From Catajapyx aquilonaris (taxonomy: Eukaryota), in contig JYFJ02000044.1 of NCBI GenBank assembly GCA_000934665.2, positions 1-64,000 on the forward strand: 64,000 bases of DNA, read 5' to 3'. Under the pieces are notes generated by a model. It saw nothing but the letters and a program-made list of their open reading frames with translations, had not been told where the DNA came from and made no database searches. Shown here piece by piece: positions 38,744 through 53,700 of this stretch. The stretch's first letter is position 1. Every line of letters begins with the position of its first letter. Made by a program: the position numbers and the translations under genes.

Positions 38744-41700
38744 GTCACAAGAATAAAATGGCTGGATTAGGTATAGTAGGCCTATCCGATTATGTGTGAC
38801 CAAAAGCCCCTAAAAAAATTTAAAAAAATAAAAACGGCGATGTACGATTCTGCACAGTATTTACCATTCAAAATCAGACATTGCATTGTCCCTCTATTTG
38901 CTTTTATACAACTAGCCATAACTCAGTTATCCCATTACACTGCAGATAATTGCATAATAGCTACTACTCTTACCTCCATAACCATCAAGATTGATGTCTT
39001 TCAGATTTGTTAATGACAAACCAAATCTTGCCCTGTGTGTTTTTCCTTCCAAAAAGTCGTATGTGCTGAACTGGAATTAAAAACCACATTTTCAAAGATG
39101 TTGCACTGATTTTGTGAGTGAATTACAATAGTTTAGCACAAGGAAATACTTGCATAGTTTCCTTGGTAGAAGATGTACACTCGTCCAGTTTCATAAGTCA
39201 TTTCATGGCTGTCGTAGTCGGACCACATGGGAGAACCAACTACTAAGTCATCTTTCTTGTCACCATCCACATCACAAACGCACACTGCATATCCAAAGTA
39301 TGCACCAATTTGGTTTCCATTTATTTGATGCAGGTAAGTCAAGTTGGTTGAAAGCAATATAATCTGAAAAGCAGGACCAGCAATTGCATTAGGTGTCTAT
39401 TAATATGAATTGTTGTTTTGCAGGACCAACCTTTCCGGTGAGGTTGTTCCCACGAGGCATCCCAACCAGGACATCCTGCTCCGAGTCACCTGTGAACTCT
39501 CCAGCTGCCACCGAATAACCAAGGTAGCTGTCATCATCTTTCGCAGGTCCTTCTGGTGTTGATATTAATGCAGGTCGCGAATACAAGTCTTGTGCAAACG
39601 CTTGTCCTATTGGGAGAGAAGTTGGCAAAAAATAATGCACAGGGTTAGTTGCTTTAGTAGTGATGTGTTCACCACACCTCTGTTAAGTGTTTCTTTGACG
39701 CTTCAAAACAGCAATTGTTGTACTAGTTTGAGTTTATACGACCCATTTTTGAAAATTGCCAATTCATGTTACTTTGGTAGTTCTTTTACTAGAGCCAATT
39801 AATAAAAGAAGAAACAATATTTGAAAGAGTAAAAAAATCCCACTTCATTAGAAGAATAGTAGTACTAGTAGTTCTATTTTAGGGGGGAAAAAACAGTTAA
39901 TCCAGTTAGCAAAAAAAAAAACCAGATGCATCCCACAGTGTGTCCATTTCAACTGTGGATTTGCATCCAAAGCATCATTTTTGTTCTGGGCTGTTGTCTT
40001 GTGTGTGGACCCAGCTGCTGTGCAATGAATCACGATGCATGAAAAATCTCGAATGTCTGTAGGCTACATTTGGGATTCATTTGCCCACTGCACTTGAAGT
40101 GTGTGTGTGATACAGAAGTCAGCAGATGGCAAATTAAGCGACCTTGCCAGCGTCTAATGAACCACAAGTGACCCCTCCCCCATATTAAATTACATAGACG
40201 CTTATGTGCATTACAACATGTCGCCAATGTAACACAACACCCCCTGAAAAATAATTCCTCCAGAACCGTGGTCGCGCATCTTGCTGCTTGATAAATATTT
40301 GAATGTGAATCCAGCATGTGTCAGAGTTTTTGACCTTCTGAAATCCACACCTCTCCAAAGCCAGAGTGTCTGATTTGACAGGTTTTCTTGGAGGCCCCCT
40401 GAGACCAATGATGAGTATGTGTGAATGTGAGCAGAGTTTCCGCTCTCTTGAATTCACCCCGCGGTTCTAACCCTCCATCATCATAATCCGATGAACACGT
40501 GGCCTTTTTTATATTATTAAAAAAAATATACCAACCACTATGCTAGTCCATTGAGTCGAGCCAGTTTTCTCATGTGTGGTGCTATACCATTCTAAAAATT
40601 TCGTGGTGCGGCATTAATCATTAGTCAAAAAATCAGGGACAGAAAGAGAAATAACACTCCACACTTCATGCTGGTTAATTCTGTATATTTTTACGTGCGT
40701 GGAATGGCAGCATCTAAATGTGTCTTTTGAGAAGCAGGCACTATATTATACAGACAACTCTATCATACAGGGCGTGACCAGAGTCTGAGGGTGGACAGAG
40801 CACATGTATCAACTGCCATTTGTAATCTGGGCGAATGTGGCTGTTAAATGGAAGAAAAAAATTTATAAGCATTAGGGGTCCCAGGCACGCTGGACACATG
40901 GAAAATGCCCATCGTGGCCAGGCCTTTGCTGGTTTATAAATCTACTGAAGGTTGAACCGAGTTCATCCTGTTTTTAGAACCCAACAGAGTGCACTCGATT
41001 CTACCTAAGTGTAAGCTCTTCTAGTTGTATTTCCGAGTGTGTATGCCCGCCTCCATGGGGTTGTACCCTGGAAAATATTTTCAGGGAACAGTTAATAGTA
41101 AGTCAGCTAACGTCGACAGTGAGAGTGGTAGCTGGGAGGAAAGTATTAGGGCTATCCTGGCTAGTTGTGGGGCACATCTCGGGCATACCTGAAGACAAGA
41201 ACTGTACAATGTCGGAAGATGAGGAGGATCTGGGTCGGTTGCCCAGTGCTGAAAGGTCGAACCTATGAACTTGACCTGGAAGAAAAGCAATGACATCAGG
41301 GACAATCGCGCGTTTCTCTTAAAAAGTTGACTAATTCTGGTATCCACTTTTTTATATAGAACTCGTGGCAGATATCCTTTTTCCCTCTTCTCTCAAGCAC
41401 ACATCCGTAATCTCGGGTGACAGACCATAGGGTGGGGGTAAAAAACTGGTTGTAAAAAAAAAATGGGGAGAAGGGGAGAAGGCTCTTATTTCTCATCTTC
41501 ATGGGTTAGAGGTCTTGGAAGCCATGAATGAAGCCGATCTTGTTTTCTACCCCCTTCTTTCCACCGCTTCCGTTTTGAAAAGAACTCTATCTTAATGGGA
41601 AGACGCTTAAAAAGGTTACATGCCCCACCAATTGAATTTATTGAGCACATTCCAGACTCCTCATTGTTGGTGCCTGCCACGCGAACCGGCCATTTTAAAT

Positions 41701-44700
41701 TAATCACAATCTAGGGCTCAGCAGCTCAGGCTTTGTTCCAAATCCCCCTTGTGTCCGGCTCCAAGGGTGAGCATCGGTAGGGGATCCCATCTAGATGCTT
41801 TTGATGCCGACCTGCACAAAACGAGCTCTTGCACCCCTTTTCCTATACCATACCAGAAAAAAAGAAGAATTCCGGCTGACCCCCCATTGCCTTTCCAGCC
41901 ACCTTCCATTTGTACACCTCCAGGGGAACACATTCCGTTGGAAGCTGAGTGCAGGAAGTCACGTAATTGTAGAGCAAAAATTAAACTGTACAAAATACAT
42001 ATCAAGAGCGTGTGTACAAAGACACGCCTGTGAGTCGAAAAAGGGCTTCGCGGGCAATTGAAGCTGGATAGTTTGCGAAATTGCTAGTCTCTAAAGGCAA
42101 GGATCGCGAAGAAATGTGTCAGCCTGCAATCACCATGCTGCTCATCCTGTGGAGGAGTGGTCTGGGTACTAGAAAGCAAAAGTTTGCGATACCGGGGTCT
42201 TCAATTATGCAATTGAATCTAGCCAGATAAGGTAAGGGGGTGCCTGGAGCGAAACCTCAATTTGATCCGGCTGACAAGCCCAGATCAAAATGAGTACCTA
42301 CGCCCCCGAGAGTCTTAGACTGTTCGAGTATGGACCTTGAAGACCCATCAGGCATTGTCCTTCAGGGATGGTTATGCCATGTTTCTAATCTACATTATGA
42401 AGCATGACTTGTCGGATAGCCAAAATTGGGTGTACTTTGCCAGTACAGGGTGTGAATATAGAACTTTTTTTTTTCTAGTGATTGGGCATGGTGTACCTAC
42501 AAACTATTCAAAAGGAGTCTGGATGGATGGTCCCCTCTTCACCCCTTTTTCCACTCCCTTCGTGCACCATCCTTTTGGTGTCAGAGTCTCGATCAGTATG
42601 CCGACCTCTGAGACCTTCCTGCATTATCTCGCACCCCCCAAAGGATCAGACCCTTCTTCCCAGAAGGTGCAATGGCTCAGCGGAATTACCTTGGGGCAAC
42701 TAATTAAGCGTCTTCGAAAGTCAGAACCGTGCATATGCATATTACATACCTTGCCAGTACCAGCTGCCCACTGCGCCTATGAAGAGACGCCTGCCATCCT
42801 GAAACAATAAATGTTCGGTTTAATAACTAGAAAATTGGAGTGGACACAACCGGGTCAAAGGGCAAGGTCAGCTCTTTGTCGATACCCATAAAATTGCTTT
42901 CAACCTGATAAAAATAGTTAGACACTTTTTTTTTCTATCCAGCCACGAATCGTGAGTTAGCTAGTGGTGTCAAGTGGTTGGCTCTCACAGAAACGGGTGC
43001 TTATCTACAAGGTGCTTCAGACGAAATGCGCTTCAGGCGAAATCAACAACATGACGTAACTAATCGCGATCCCGGAAAAAAGGGGGTCGGCACTAAAAGG
43101 AAAGAACTGATTGTGTCATAAATATGTGATGACCACGTATGACACAATGAATTCTTTTATTCCGGGATCGCGATTGCATATATATTTAGCATGGAATCTC
43201 CGCAGAGGTTCTGCTCATTGCTATCAGGATTCTAGGAATGGTTGGTCCACTCTATTTGCACTAGTCGTATAAGATGAATTCACATATCGCTTTTGAAAAC
43301 TAAAATATTGATATGATCTGAACTTACCGAACTCACATCCGCACCCAATCCAGCCTGACACGAACCTTGTCTGTGGTAACCCCAGTGATCTGCAACGAAA
43401 CAAACATTCAGCAACAGCGTATCTAACACCCAGAATTTGTTCAACCCAACCGGCAAAGGGAGTAGCATATCAAATGAGAGGCTCATAATAACAAGCGTAT
43501 CGTTTGGCCCTCAGCTGCAGATGCCGCATATAACCACATTCTCCTTGCTTATTACACAGTACTACAAAACGCGGCGGCAACAACGTGACAAACCGTCAAG
43601 GTTTAATGTATTTTATTGTCAATCCCTCAGCTAATCATCATAACCTGCAACCGGCGACCTTTGACCCTTTTTTTGTCTATTTTTCCAAAAATATCCAGCC
43701 AGTTTTTTTTATATATTTTGTGATTCCTCCTGTGATGGTCGGGGTGCCAGACTTTTCCGCCGCATTCCAAAGATCCTTTTGAGAAAAAGCCGAGACACGT
43801 GACTTGTCGCAGTTCCCTTCCCAGCCGCTCTAATAGGAAAGAACATGTCCAGGGGCGTATAAGACGCCATTTAATGAAGAATTATCACCTCTACAAAAAA
43901 CACACACACACACCTTCTCGTTAATTTAACTCATACGGAGCCCCGGCATACTTGGACGTGCAAACTGTCCATAAAAGGATTGTCTCCAGCATTAGATCGT
44001 AGGCGAAAAGGGGAAAGAAGAATCGCCCACTTGCTCCTTGCGTGACTATCTAATGTGAGTGTAAGCCTGTTCACCTACTGACTAGGGTGGGTCTATTTAA
44101 GGTCGCCTACGAGAAAAACCTCCTACGCCCAACCTGCTAGACCGGAAGGAATATTCCAAGCAACACTCATATTTCTAGGAAATTTTTTTAAAGAAGAAAA
44201 ATAAATGGCGGTTATAAAAAAGATAGGGGCGACGCCTAGCGAGACGCCTTGGATGTGATAAAATATGGCGACCTTATCAGACCAGGTTGAGACAACAATC
44301 TTGGGCGTGAATATATTGTGTGGAAGCGTCTTTGCTTACGGAAATCTTTATTGGGATGGTCCAGGCTCAACTTTTTGAAGAGGGCCATATTTTTAACCTC
44401 CCAGCTCTCTAGGGGCCGTTGCCCTCTATTTTTGAATTCTAGAGAGGTTTGGTCGGGCCGGAAGAACCGTTCAAAGTGGAGTAAAACCTTGTGATAATTT
44501 GTCGTGGGATTAATTTGTACGGATCTCCGGATCATTTTTGGAGCATTCCAGACGTTGGATCCATGCGACACAAAAGGAGCCGGGATCATTTTTCAAGGCT
44601 GGGTCAGACAACAAAAATGCCCGCTTGTCTGTCCTCGCCTAGTTCTCTTTATCAAACACTCCATTTCCTCCACTTGTGATGTCTTTTTTGAGACGCCGAC

Positions 44701-47700
44701 TCTTTAATTCCTTCCCGGAACATTGCAATCTTGTGTGTAATGAAGACGAAATTTTTGGAGTGCTACAGTTTTTTTTCTATAATTATTCGGGACTCATTGC
44801 ATTTGCTGGATGATTCAGGTCAGAAGCTATTATTCGTGAGTCGGCCTGAATTTTTGGAACCATCAGGTTTGGCCACTATCCAAAGTCAAGGTTTCGTACA
44901 GTTGCAATGGGTACGTTGCACAACACAATACCGTGTCTGTCAGTGACGGCACGTTGTATGAATAAATGTGACCAATGGTGTCTTTATCTGAATTTGCCAA
45001 TTTTACTTACTTGTTCGACATGGAGAGTATTCCACTGATTCCGAAAATGAATTCCTGGCCACAAAGCACGTCCCAACTGGTTCTCTTCTTTTAGCATTCG
45101 CTGAAAACCAGACGTAACGAGGGGCACAAGCCTGAAATTTGAGAAGCGCATACATTAATAAATTACCATAAAGTAAACACAAGCCGTGGACACGCACACG
45201 CATTTGAGCTCACAATAATAAAACTAGATCGCGGTTCAGACTCTTCATAATTAGCGATTTCGCAGTAGGAACAATGAGACGACAATGACAAAGTGTCACG
45301 TTGGGACTGGTGATATATGTAATTGTAGGGTTTTTGGTACACCTCTGGCGAGAGATCGTGACTAATTTTGCACGTCCTGCGTGACAAGGGCTGGGTCATC
45401 AGCTCGCCTGTTATGCCCACAAAATGCAGCATGCCATCCGCCAAGCTGGATAAATCAGACTAGACATTTCAATGCCGGAGTCGAATTAATTTAATTTATC
45501 GCACGTGAAATGCAAGCTGCTAGGTTCTACATAAATATAGCTCGAACACTGTTGTCGTCCTTCGTTTGTCGCGTGTATAAGTACACACCGAAAAAAAATA
45601 TCGGATAAGGTTGGCGTTGAACTGAAGCCAGGAGAGGCCCTTAACTTCCTGGATGATGATGATGCTGCTTCCTGAAAGCTTTTGGAACATGTCCCAAGCA
45701 CACATCCACACCTTTCCAGCCTCCCACTTGAGCTCGGGTTCAATCATGGACCCCCAGTTTTTGTGCATACCAAAATTTGTCAACTTGAGTGCCATCTTTC
45801 GTTGCCATTGCTGGCATTCAATTAAAAAGCTTTTTCACAGCATGGTGCCCTGATTGCAGATGAAGTCATCCCGCAATTTTCTAAAGCACGTCCACATGAG
45901 GTCTGGTCAAAATCAAGACCCGCTTCAAGACAAGACAATCGGATTTCGCCCAGATGACCTTCGATCCTAATTGGATGGAACGAAACTGCTAAATGCAAGT
46001 GTGGAAGAAAAAAAAGTGCAAGTTGCATCTGAGAACAGATTTATAGCTGGATGATGTCATAATGTTAGTCACAGCTATGTGTCACAAATCAAGATAATTT
46101 GAAGGCTAAGGAGGATGGGATTAAAACTAATAATTGATTCGAGCAATTGACATACTTCCGTGGTTGAAATGGGCCTGAACTGAAGCCAAGACGTGAGTCG
46201 AGACTGACCTTCTTCGCTGGTTTGAAAATGAACTTGGCAGAAAACGCAACTCAGTGACATCTAAACTGTTTATCCGGCAGACTGGTTGTGTGACATCAGC
46301 TCTTAATACTACTGTAGACAGTGATTCGGATATTAGAATCAGGCCAAATTAGGACCGAAAATGTCTCACTCCCCTCTGTTGACGCCCCTCAAAAAGTTTA
46401 CCCAACTATTTTTACTTTCCCCGACTCTTTAAAGCTCTGACTAAACACACCGGAGAGTACCAGTCTGATTAACAAAAAAAAAACTAGGATCTTTTTAAAA
46501 CACCGCACCGGTTCAATATGTAATTTCTGCTCACAGATCCGTACAATTTAAAACGCCTTCTGGTGTGATTGACTAGTTAAGAGCGCTTCCAAATTTAACC
46601 CCCCCTCCAAGGACCTTCCTTACAAGCCATCGGTAGCAGCTTCCCCACCAATCTTGCGAGTATCTCTGGCGAAAGGCCCACTCTAGAAACTCATTCAAAA
46701 AAAAAACTGTTATACCCTCATCCCTTCCAGTAAAACCAACCGCGTCCCCTATACATGGCGTCCTCAAACTACCACTTTTGCATGAGAACACGATCCGTAT
46801 TCTGGGCTTCCCAAAAAAAAATCAGGACTATCGTGCTAGGGCCTATTAAGATAAAAGAAATGGCGGGAACCGGAAGCACTCTCATTCGGATTCCTTCCGG
46901 CCACGCCCATCGTGATATACTCATTACCGAATCGATTCAGTGGTCTTGTTTCTAATCGTACGGAAACATACCGCAGAATGACTTCATTAACTGATGCAAC
47001 ATGACTATGCGATGTGTTAAACACAATGGCCATCTTTCGAAAGCAGGTGGAGACATTCCAAGAGCTGGTCTCTGCTGACAGGTCAGAAACAATACAGACA
47101 TCGAGGAGAAGTCTCCCACGGTTTCAGGTGACAGCTCCGAGTCTGGTTATCGTTTGGGAACATCGAGGACTTGAAGGTGTCATCCAGAGCGTGCTGTACC
47201 AGAGGATTGTTCAGTGGACCGGCCTTTTTATCATTGATGAAACCGACAGCATGTCAAGTTGACCTGCTATTGTTGAACTGGACACTTAGTGCACACCTCA
47301 GTAGAAAAAAGTTCCATAACTCACTGGATGATTTGTTTTTTTTTTGACAACGCTTGTGGTGTTGAAATTAAATGACCGCTTAAGAATCATGTTCGTGGTC
47401 ATTGTACGTGGCATATCTAACTGAGAGAGAAGAATATACGATGGGGTCCAGAACTGGTCCCAGGCTAGAAAATTTTGGGGAAGAAAACACGTGCGCCCAG
47501 AAGGCATCAGGAACGGGCCAGCCTTGAGACATAACGAACCGAAAATAACAGTTATTTCTTGCCTCTTGATGGGGGACTGGAAAAAGTGCTTTTGATGCAA
47601 GGAACAAGACCGCTGATTACCACGTGTTAATTTACGACCAATTAGCAAGGACTATCATCGAAGCTCGCGTGCTGGAGGTTATCGACACTAATTGAAACGT

Positions 47701-50700
47701 CGTTGCAGGAATTACAATAAGGGCAATGTACACATAGTGGCAACGTCCTTTAAAATACATCAATTTATAAGTTTGTCACGTAAAGGGTAGCTTTATTTAT
47801 AAACATTGTAGGGCATCTTGCTCCCTGATGGTTCAAACATAAAATGTGGAGAAAAGTTTGGATCGTAAGCACGTGCTGTGCTCCGGACGTAAACAGTGTG
47901 AGAAAAAAAGGGGACTTTTGTAGGGCCTTACACATGTTTATGAGTTTGCCAGACGGTTCGATGAAAGTGGGATGTCGACACAAACCGCACGATTTAAAGT
48001 TTGGGTAAAATCTGGTCCCCCCCAAAAAATTTCTTGAGAACTATAGTCGGCAAGTCACCCACAAAAAGATCTGATCGGATGCCCCGTGTAATAAACCCGT
48101 TGCTGACAAACGGAANAGTAATAATAATAATCTTGAGAACTATAGTCGGCAAGTCACCCACAAAAAGATCTGATCGGATGCCCCGTGTAATAAACCCGTT
48201 GCTGACAAACGGAACAAAATATATCGCCCGATCGACAATGGAATCCCATGACAAATGGTCTAGTGTTGAAAAAGGGCAAAACTGGGGCCTCCTAATTACC
48301 TGGCTGTCCATCAGGTGCGCCAACAGTATAGAAACCCAGAAGCGGTTTCCTTTTGTGTGTATCTCCCAGCCTGTGAATGTGTCTCATGCAACAAATGACA
48401 CCTTATTCACTCCGGTTGGTTCAGATTGCATCCCCTCGAATATTTATCTTGGCTTTTGGAGCAGCCCTGGTGTTGTCAGAAGAGGGTGTATACCTACAGG
48501 GCATCACGAATAGTTCACCATTTCAAGGGAAAGCATCCATCAAGTGTCTGACACTGTTTCCCTCCTACTTTTCATTTTTGCTACAGGTGTCTGCTTTTTT
48601 ATATGCACTAACCTGGTTACTAATCTACATTCTGTTCTCTTAATATTGACAAATGGATCTGGCTGACATGCAGTGCTTTTCGTACCACACAGATAGCCAT
48701 GAATTATTAATGCCGAGTAAATATTTTTCAATTTGCACAATAATCATGCCCCGATCGAGATTCAGGTTTACTGAATTCCTAACGCGTATCGTCAGTCCCT
48801 TGTCAGCCATGTTGTGACAACACTGGCATCCCCCATGTTTAAATTCATGGGGTTCATATGTATGCGCTGATAGACCGGCATCGCAGCAAAGATCACAAGG
48901 TAGAGGTGGCGATGGGTATAGAACGGACCCAAGGGTTGATGCTCACTAAAAAAAATGGGAAACGAAATATGGCCGAAAGGGGCACTCCCGTCAGTCATAG
49001 TTTGATAAATTAAGGGGCATTAGAATACAATGTAAGCTTTGGGGATCCTACTGCTAGATGAGAGTCGATAAGCCTCCCGTACGTCGCCAGTAGTCTGTGT
49101 TCATTTCCACGCAACATCCTGGGATTCAGCTCAAGGGGATGACCATTTTGGGTGGATTGACTGTCACAAAATGGCGTCATCCACGTGGTGACCAACGATT
49201 AAAAATCACACGAGCCTACCTGGAAATGAAATTAATTCCAGGACACGATACCAGCATTTCTGCATAAGACACGGGCATTACTACTGCCAGGTGCGGGGTG
49301 TGACTCTTCCAATGCATCTGAATGGGCCTTTTCCCTCCGTTCCTTCTTCCATGCAAAGATTTTTGGGGGTCCAAGGAGCCCTATTAAGAAGGTTCTAAAT
49401 CATAATCAGAGGGAGTAGCCGGACAACCGAGAGGAAAGTTATTGGCCCCGCCAGAATCGGAACGAAATTATTACTGGCCCACCAAAGGACCTCTGATTTA
49501 CACCCCCCATGGAAAACCGGGCAGACTTTGAGAAGAAAATCCTATCCCGCTTCCCAATTTTTTCCCCAAGAAGTCCTAACTGGAACCATCTGGGGCAAGG
49601 CCTCGGGTGACCATCGAGGATCTCCCGCCATAAACTCTTGCCAACCATCAGCCAGACTTCAGCTGTTCAAACAAAAGCTTTTCCTCCATGAGAAGGTTGG
49701 CACTTGGCCTTCCGGACACCAGGAGACTTCCGCCGGCCCACCATGGGGTCACCCATTTTGCCCTCCAATAAACCCAGTCCTGTTTGTTTCTCCCCTCTTG
49801 GAAAGTAGGACCGTTAAAGCCGCCATTTTTTTTGCCAACTGATTTTCCATGTGTCAAAGTTAACCACGCCCATATACTAGCAAAGAGGTCGTGACTTTAC
49901 TGATAATATCTGCACGCTGTTTGGTACAAAATTTTCTACTAAAAGACGATCGGAGCCGGAAGGCAAAATATCTTCCTCGTAATAATAATATCCATGGGCG
50001 TGGCTCACGACCTTTTTTTATCTTTAGCTGCCCCCGCTGGATCAAATGGCTCATAAGTCTCCCTATCATCCGATGGAATCTATACACTGTAATTCATGAC
50101 CCGAAAGTGTCCAGATTAGAGCTCAAGATATGTGGCCATATCCGAACAGTGAAGGTCAATGTGAACTAAATTCATCAAAAGTAGAGCTGATCAAAAATTG
50201 TTGGGTGATTCAACAATTGACTATCACGTTTCAGTCAAATTGCGCAATACCGTGGGGAGAGCTCCCGAAATTTTGAAAACTATGAGCAATTTTTTGAGCT
50301 TTTTAGTGGAAGTGATCAAAACTCAATGAATATATCAAATTGTGTAAATATTTTTTGAATCGATTTATCTACATTCCAGAAAAATTACCAAGTACATGCT
50401 TGACAATATTTGATATGATTCTCCAAGCTATTTATCTACCTAAAATATACACCCATGCTTGTCAATCATTCCAGACGTTTCATTAGGTCGATTAATGACT
50501 TATGAGCATATTTTTGAAGCCCAGTCACGGTGATTTACCAAGACGCAAGGTTCTGAATATTTACAGCGTGCATGTGGAAGTGGATGTGGTACTGGGGTCT
50601 AAATATCCTTCCCAGTCTTATTTTTAGATGCTTTTGGCTGGCTCTACCGACGGAAATTCCGGACCAAAATGGTTTCTGAATAACCGGGGAGGATGTATGA

Positions 50701-53700
50701 CATGCATCTTTTGAAAAGAGAAGTCGCGTCGATGCAATGAAGCCGCAGTCGTTTATATTAATGGCCCCCAAGATGGCAGACTGATTAATGAAGGAAGCTG
50801 AGGACATCTTTTGTGTCGTCCCCTCAGGACTTGCAATTGACAAACGCCGATATTTACATTGACATTGGTAATGGATGGTAATGGGCGGGGGCCAATACAA
50901 TGCCACTCATATTAGGCAAAGCTACTATTGACTAATTTTTTTGTTCCAAAATCTTGTGTCCCATAAATTGGATGGCCACCTACGAAGAAGCGACTAATTT
51001 GGTGACCAACTGTATACGTAACATAAAAAACAAATCCAACCCTGATCTAGGTAGGTCGTGAGCTTTGAAACACTCCCCATCCACAACAAAAGTAGCTCAG
51101 AGGCATCTTTTGACTTATCTTCACCATCTTAGTTTTTTTCATTCCCAAAATTTTTTTTTGGAGAGGGCCGAACCACTAGAAAAATCGTTGTCAGGAAAGG
51201 ATTTAAGATGCAGCGCTGACAGCCAGAAGGAACAAATGTCGTCCAGACGGAAAATTGGTGTTGGGATTTTTCCGCCAGGCGTGTTCAACTGTCCTTATCA
51301 ATTATCATGGTTTACCACATTATGATACCATAGCTGTGAGTTGGAAACATCATGTCTTACGGCCCCTATTGGTTCATTTGCATAAAAAAATTTAAAACCG
51401 ACGTGGAGTTGACAGCAGGACAAGTGAGGGATGGGAATCCACCGCTTTTTATCTATATGCATGACGGCGGGAAGTTGATTAAAGCTTGCCCTCGAGAATA
51501 TCACTATCGAGACCATGAACTAGTCCTCGAGACTATCTATCTTCCCTGGAGAAAGACAGACCAATTTTTGCAACCTCCACACACCATTTCGACATCTACA
51601 ATATTAATATTTCAAATTTTATGATATCAAATTTGTGATGTCTCACATACTGATGACTCACCACGGTCACAGTCGCAGACCCAATTCTACTTAAATTCGA
51701 TTTTTATTTTTATTTTTCATTTACGCACTGTTGATTTACTACTCACCAAAACGACGCCATTTTCACCAGAACTTCTGACAGTAGCTCCAAACCATTGCAT
51801 GGTCTTGTTGTCTAGCTGATCCCTCCCTTGCCTGTTGTTCCCTGCAAGTAAAGATGTCAAATTTTTTTTAAAAGCCGCCATTTGCTAAAGTTTAAAAAGT
51901 GTGAGTGACATAGGGTTGGGCTTCTTCCGTTTATGGCCAAACTGGCGCCTTCCATCTGTGCCCTCGAGTGGCCCCTTCTTACGCCAAAAAACGGTACCAC
52001 CCCTGAAGAAGCCTTTAAGAAGGGCGCAAGATAAGAAGGAGAAATCCGCCTAATGTGTCTCTATTAGCACCCTAGGGAGTCTGGGAAAAATACATTTCGT
52101 ACATGTTGGCCCACTGGTTTACTTTACTGTTTTTATGCAGAATGGTTTGGATCCAGGTTCTAAATCGGGTCCAGGGCAACTCTAAATTTAATGCTGGGTA
52201 CTGAAGACTGGAGGGCGGGGAAGGATCAACCATGTGCAGGCCATTCTTCACAGGAAGCTAGAGGTTACGCCTTGCAACGGGGGTTTACACTGAAGGGTCA
52301 CGGCTTATTTTTCTGTGCCTCCAAATCGTCAACAAACATGGAAAAAGGGCTGTGCAATCTCAACCCGTACAATTCCAGGCAGCTCACACGCGATTGCTGC
52401 TGATTGGCCCGACTAACAAACCAACAGAAATGTGGGCGCCATCTTGGATAATAACGGCCAGACGCCATTAGGGCATAATAGTGATTTTTATTAATATTTT
52501 CTCTCACTTGATTAAAGGATTTTTAGATAGTTTGGTGACCAGCATATCTGCCAGTTTTATTTAAAATTTAATTTATCTTTTAGCTATAATATTAAAATCA
52601 TTCGTTGCATGCTCGAGGCTTCTGTTGTTTGTACGACGCTTCCGATTGGCCCCCTTTCTACGCCTGCGCAATGGGGAGGCTGCGCCTCTGGGGGTTGGAA
52701 CTAGTATTTAACATTCTTATTTGCATCAGTGATATTGTGAGAGCCACTTACAATATTATAAATGCGATTTTTAAAAAATCGCTACGATTTACCTGCACTG
52801 TCGAATGGTAGCTGTTGGCAGGCATCGGGGCTCTCGGTACTACACCTGTACACTGCACCGGCTCTGATGACTCCAGGTTGATTGGTGTCAGCTTCTGGCG
52901 CACCTACCAGCAGCCTGAAAGATGACATATGGCTTGAGTACATTACACTGGAAAAGAGTGTGTGAAGAGTTTTGCTTTTCACTCTAGGCGCAGGTTCGGG
53001 TTCCCTCGAGACAAAGGGCATTCCTACACCTTCCTGCCACAGAACTGGAGGAACACCGACACTGATGGATGGCATTTGTCCCGGCCTACAACATCTTCCA
53101 TGTGTCCAAAAGCCCCCGGTACCAGGAAGGGAAGCTGTATAAGATCTCGCCTCCTGAGAGAGGGTCAAGTCCATTTAGAAGCACGTAAAAAAGGGGCCGA
53201 TACTCTATCTGGAGAATGCCCGGTCATATGCTTTAAGTTTCAAGGCGTTAAAATGTGTTATGATATTTTAAAAGGATCCAAAATTGATTTTGAGATGACC
53301 CACGATAATAATATATAAAGAACAACGCTGAATATATGTGCATGCTGCACCTTGCACTTAGCAAGCCCATTTGCATAGTAAGATCAGGAATGCCTGATAA
53401 TGCACAACATCAGAGCCTGAGGGTCAGCTCTAATGCATTCTTAGCCCGACGATTGTTTGCGTCCGGACCTGACGCAATTCGCTCGCTCATTTTGTCCGAC
53501 CTTATCCGAAGGCCTCGAACGAATGACATAACTAGCCGGCCCGCAACTTGTTGTCATAAATGGCGAATGTCCCGCTGACCTCATTGCTAGAAGAACTACA
53601 CTTTCACCTTTTCTTGAAGGGAGCGCTGTATTTCCAAGATTACATTTTACTTGGTATTGCAATCACGTGTGTACCTTTGGGGCATTCAGACGCCTGCTTT

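Noticed and set aside
44098..44276. 10-bp inverted termini TAAGGTCGCC...GGCGACCTTA
   Set aside because: Too short, with no matching TSD. It cannot be called a MITE without copy-number data.
48032..48214. 84-bp direct repeat resembling a CRISPR or LTR-like structure
   Set aside because: Only two identical copies separated by an N, typical of a contig-join duplication; the context is eukaryotic.
52001..52032. Hammerhead-like CTGAAGA-stem-GCAA (a similar degenerate motif lies on the - strand near 62055-62090)
   Set aside because: The catalytic core is incomplete (GCAA instead of GAAA; no CTGA in the second) and there are no convincing stems I/III.
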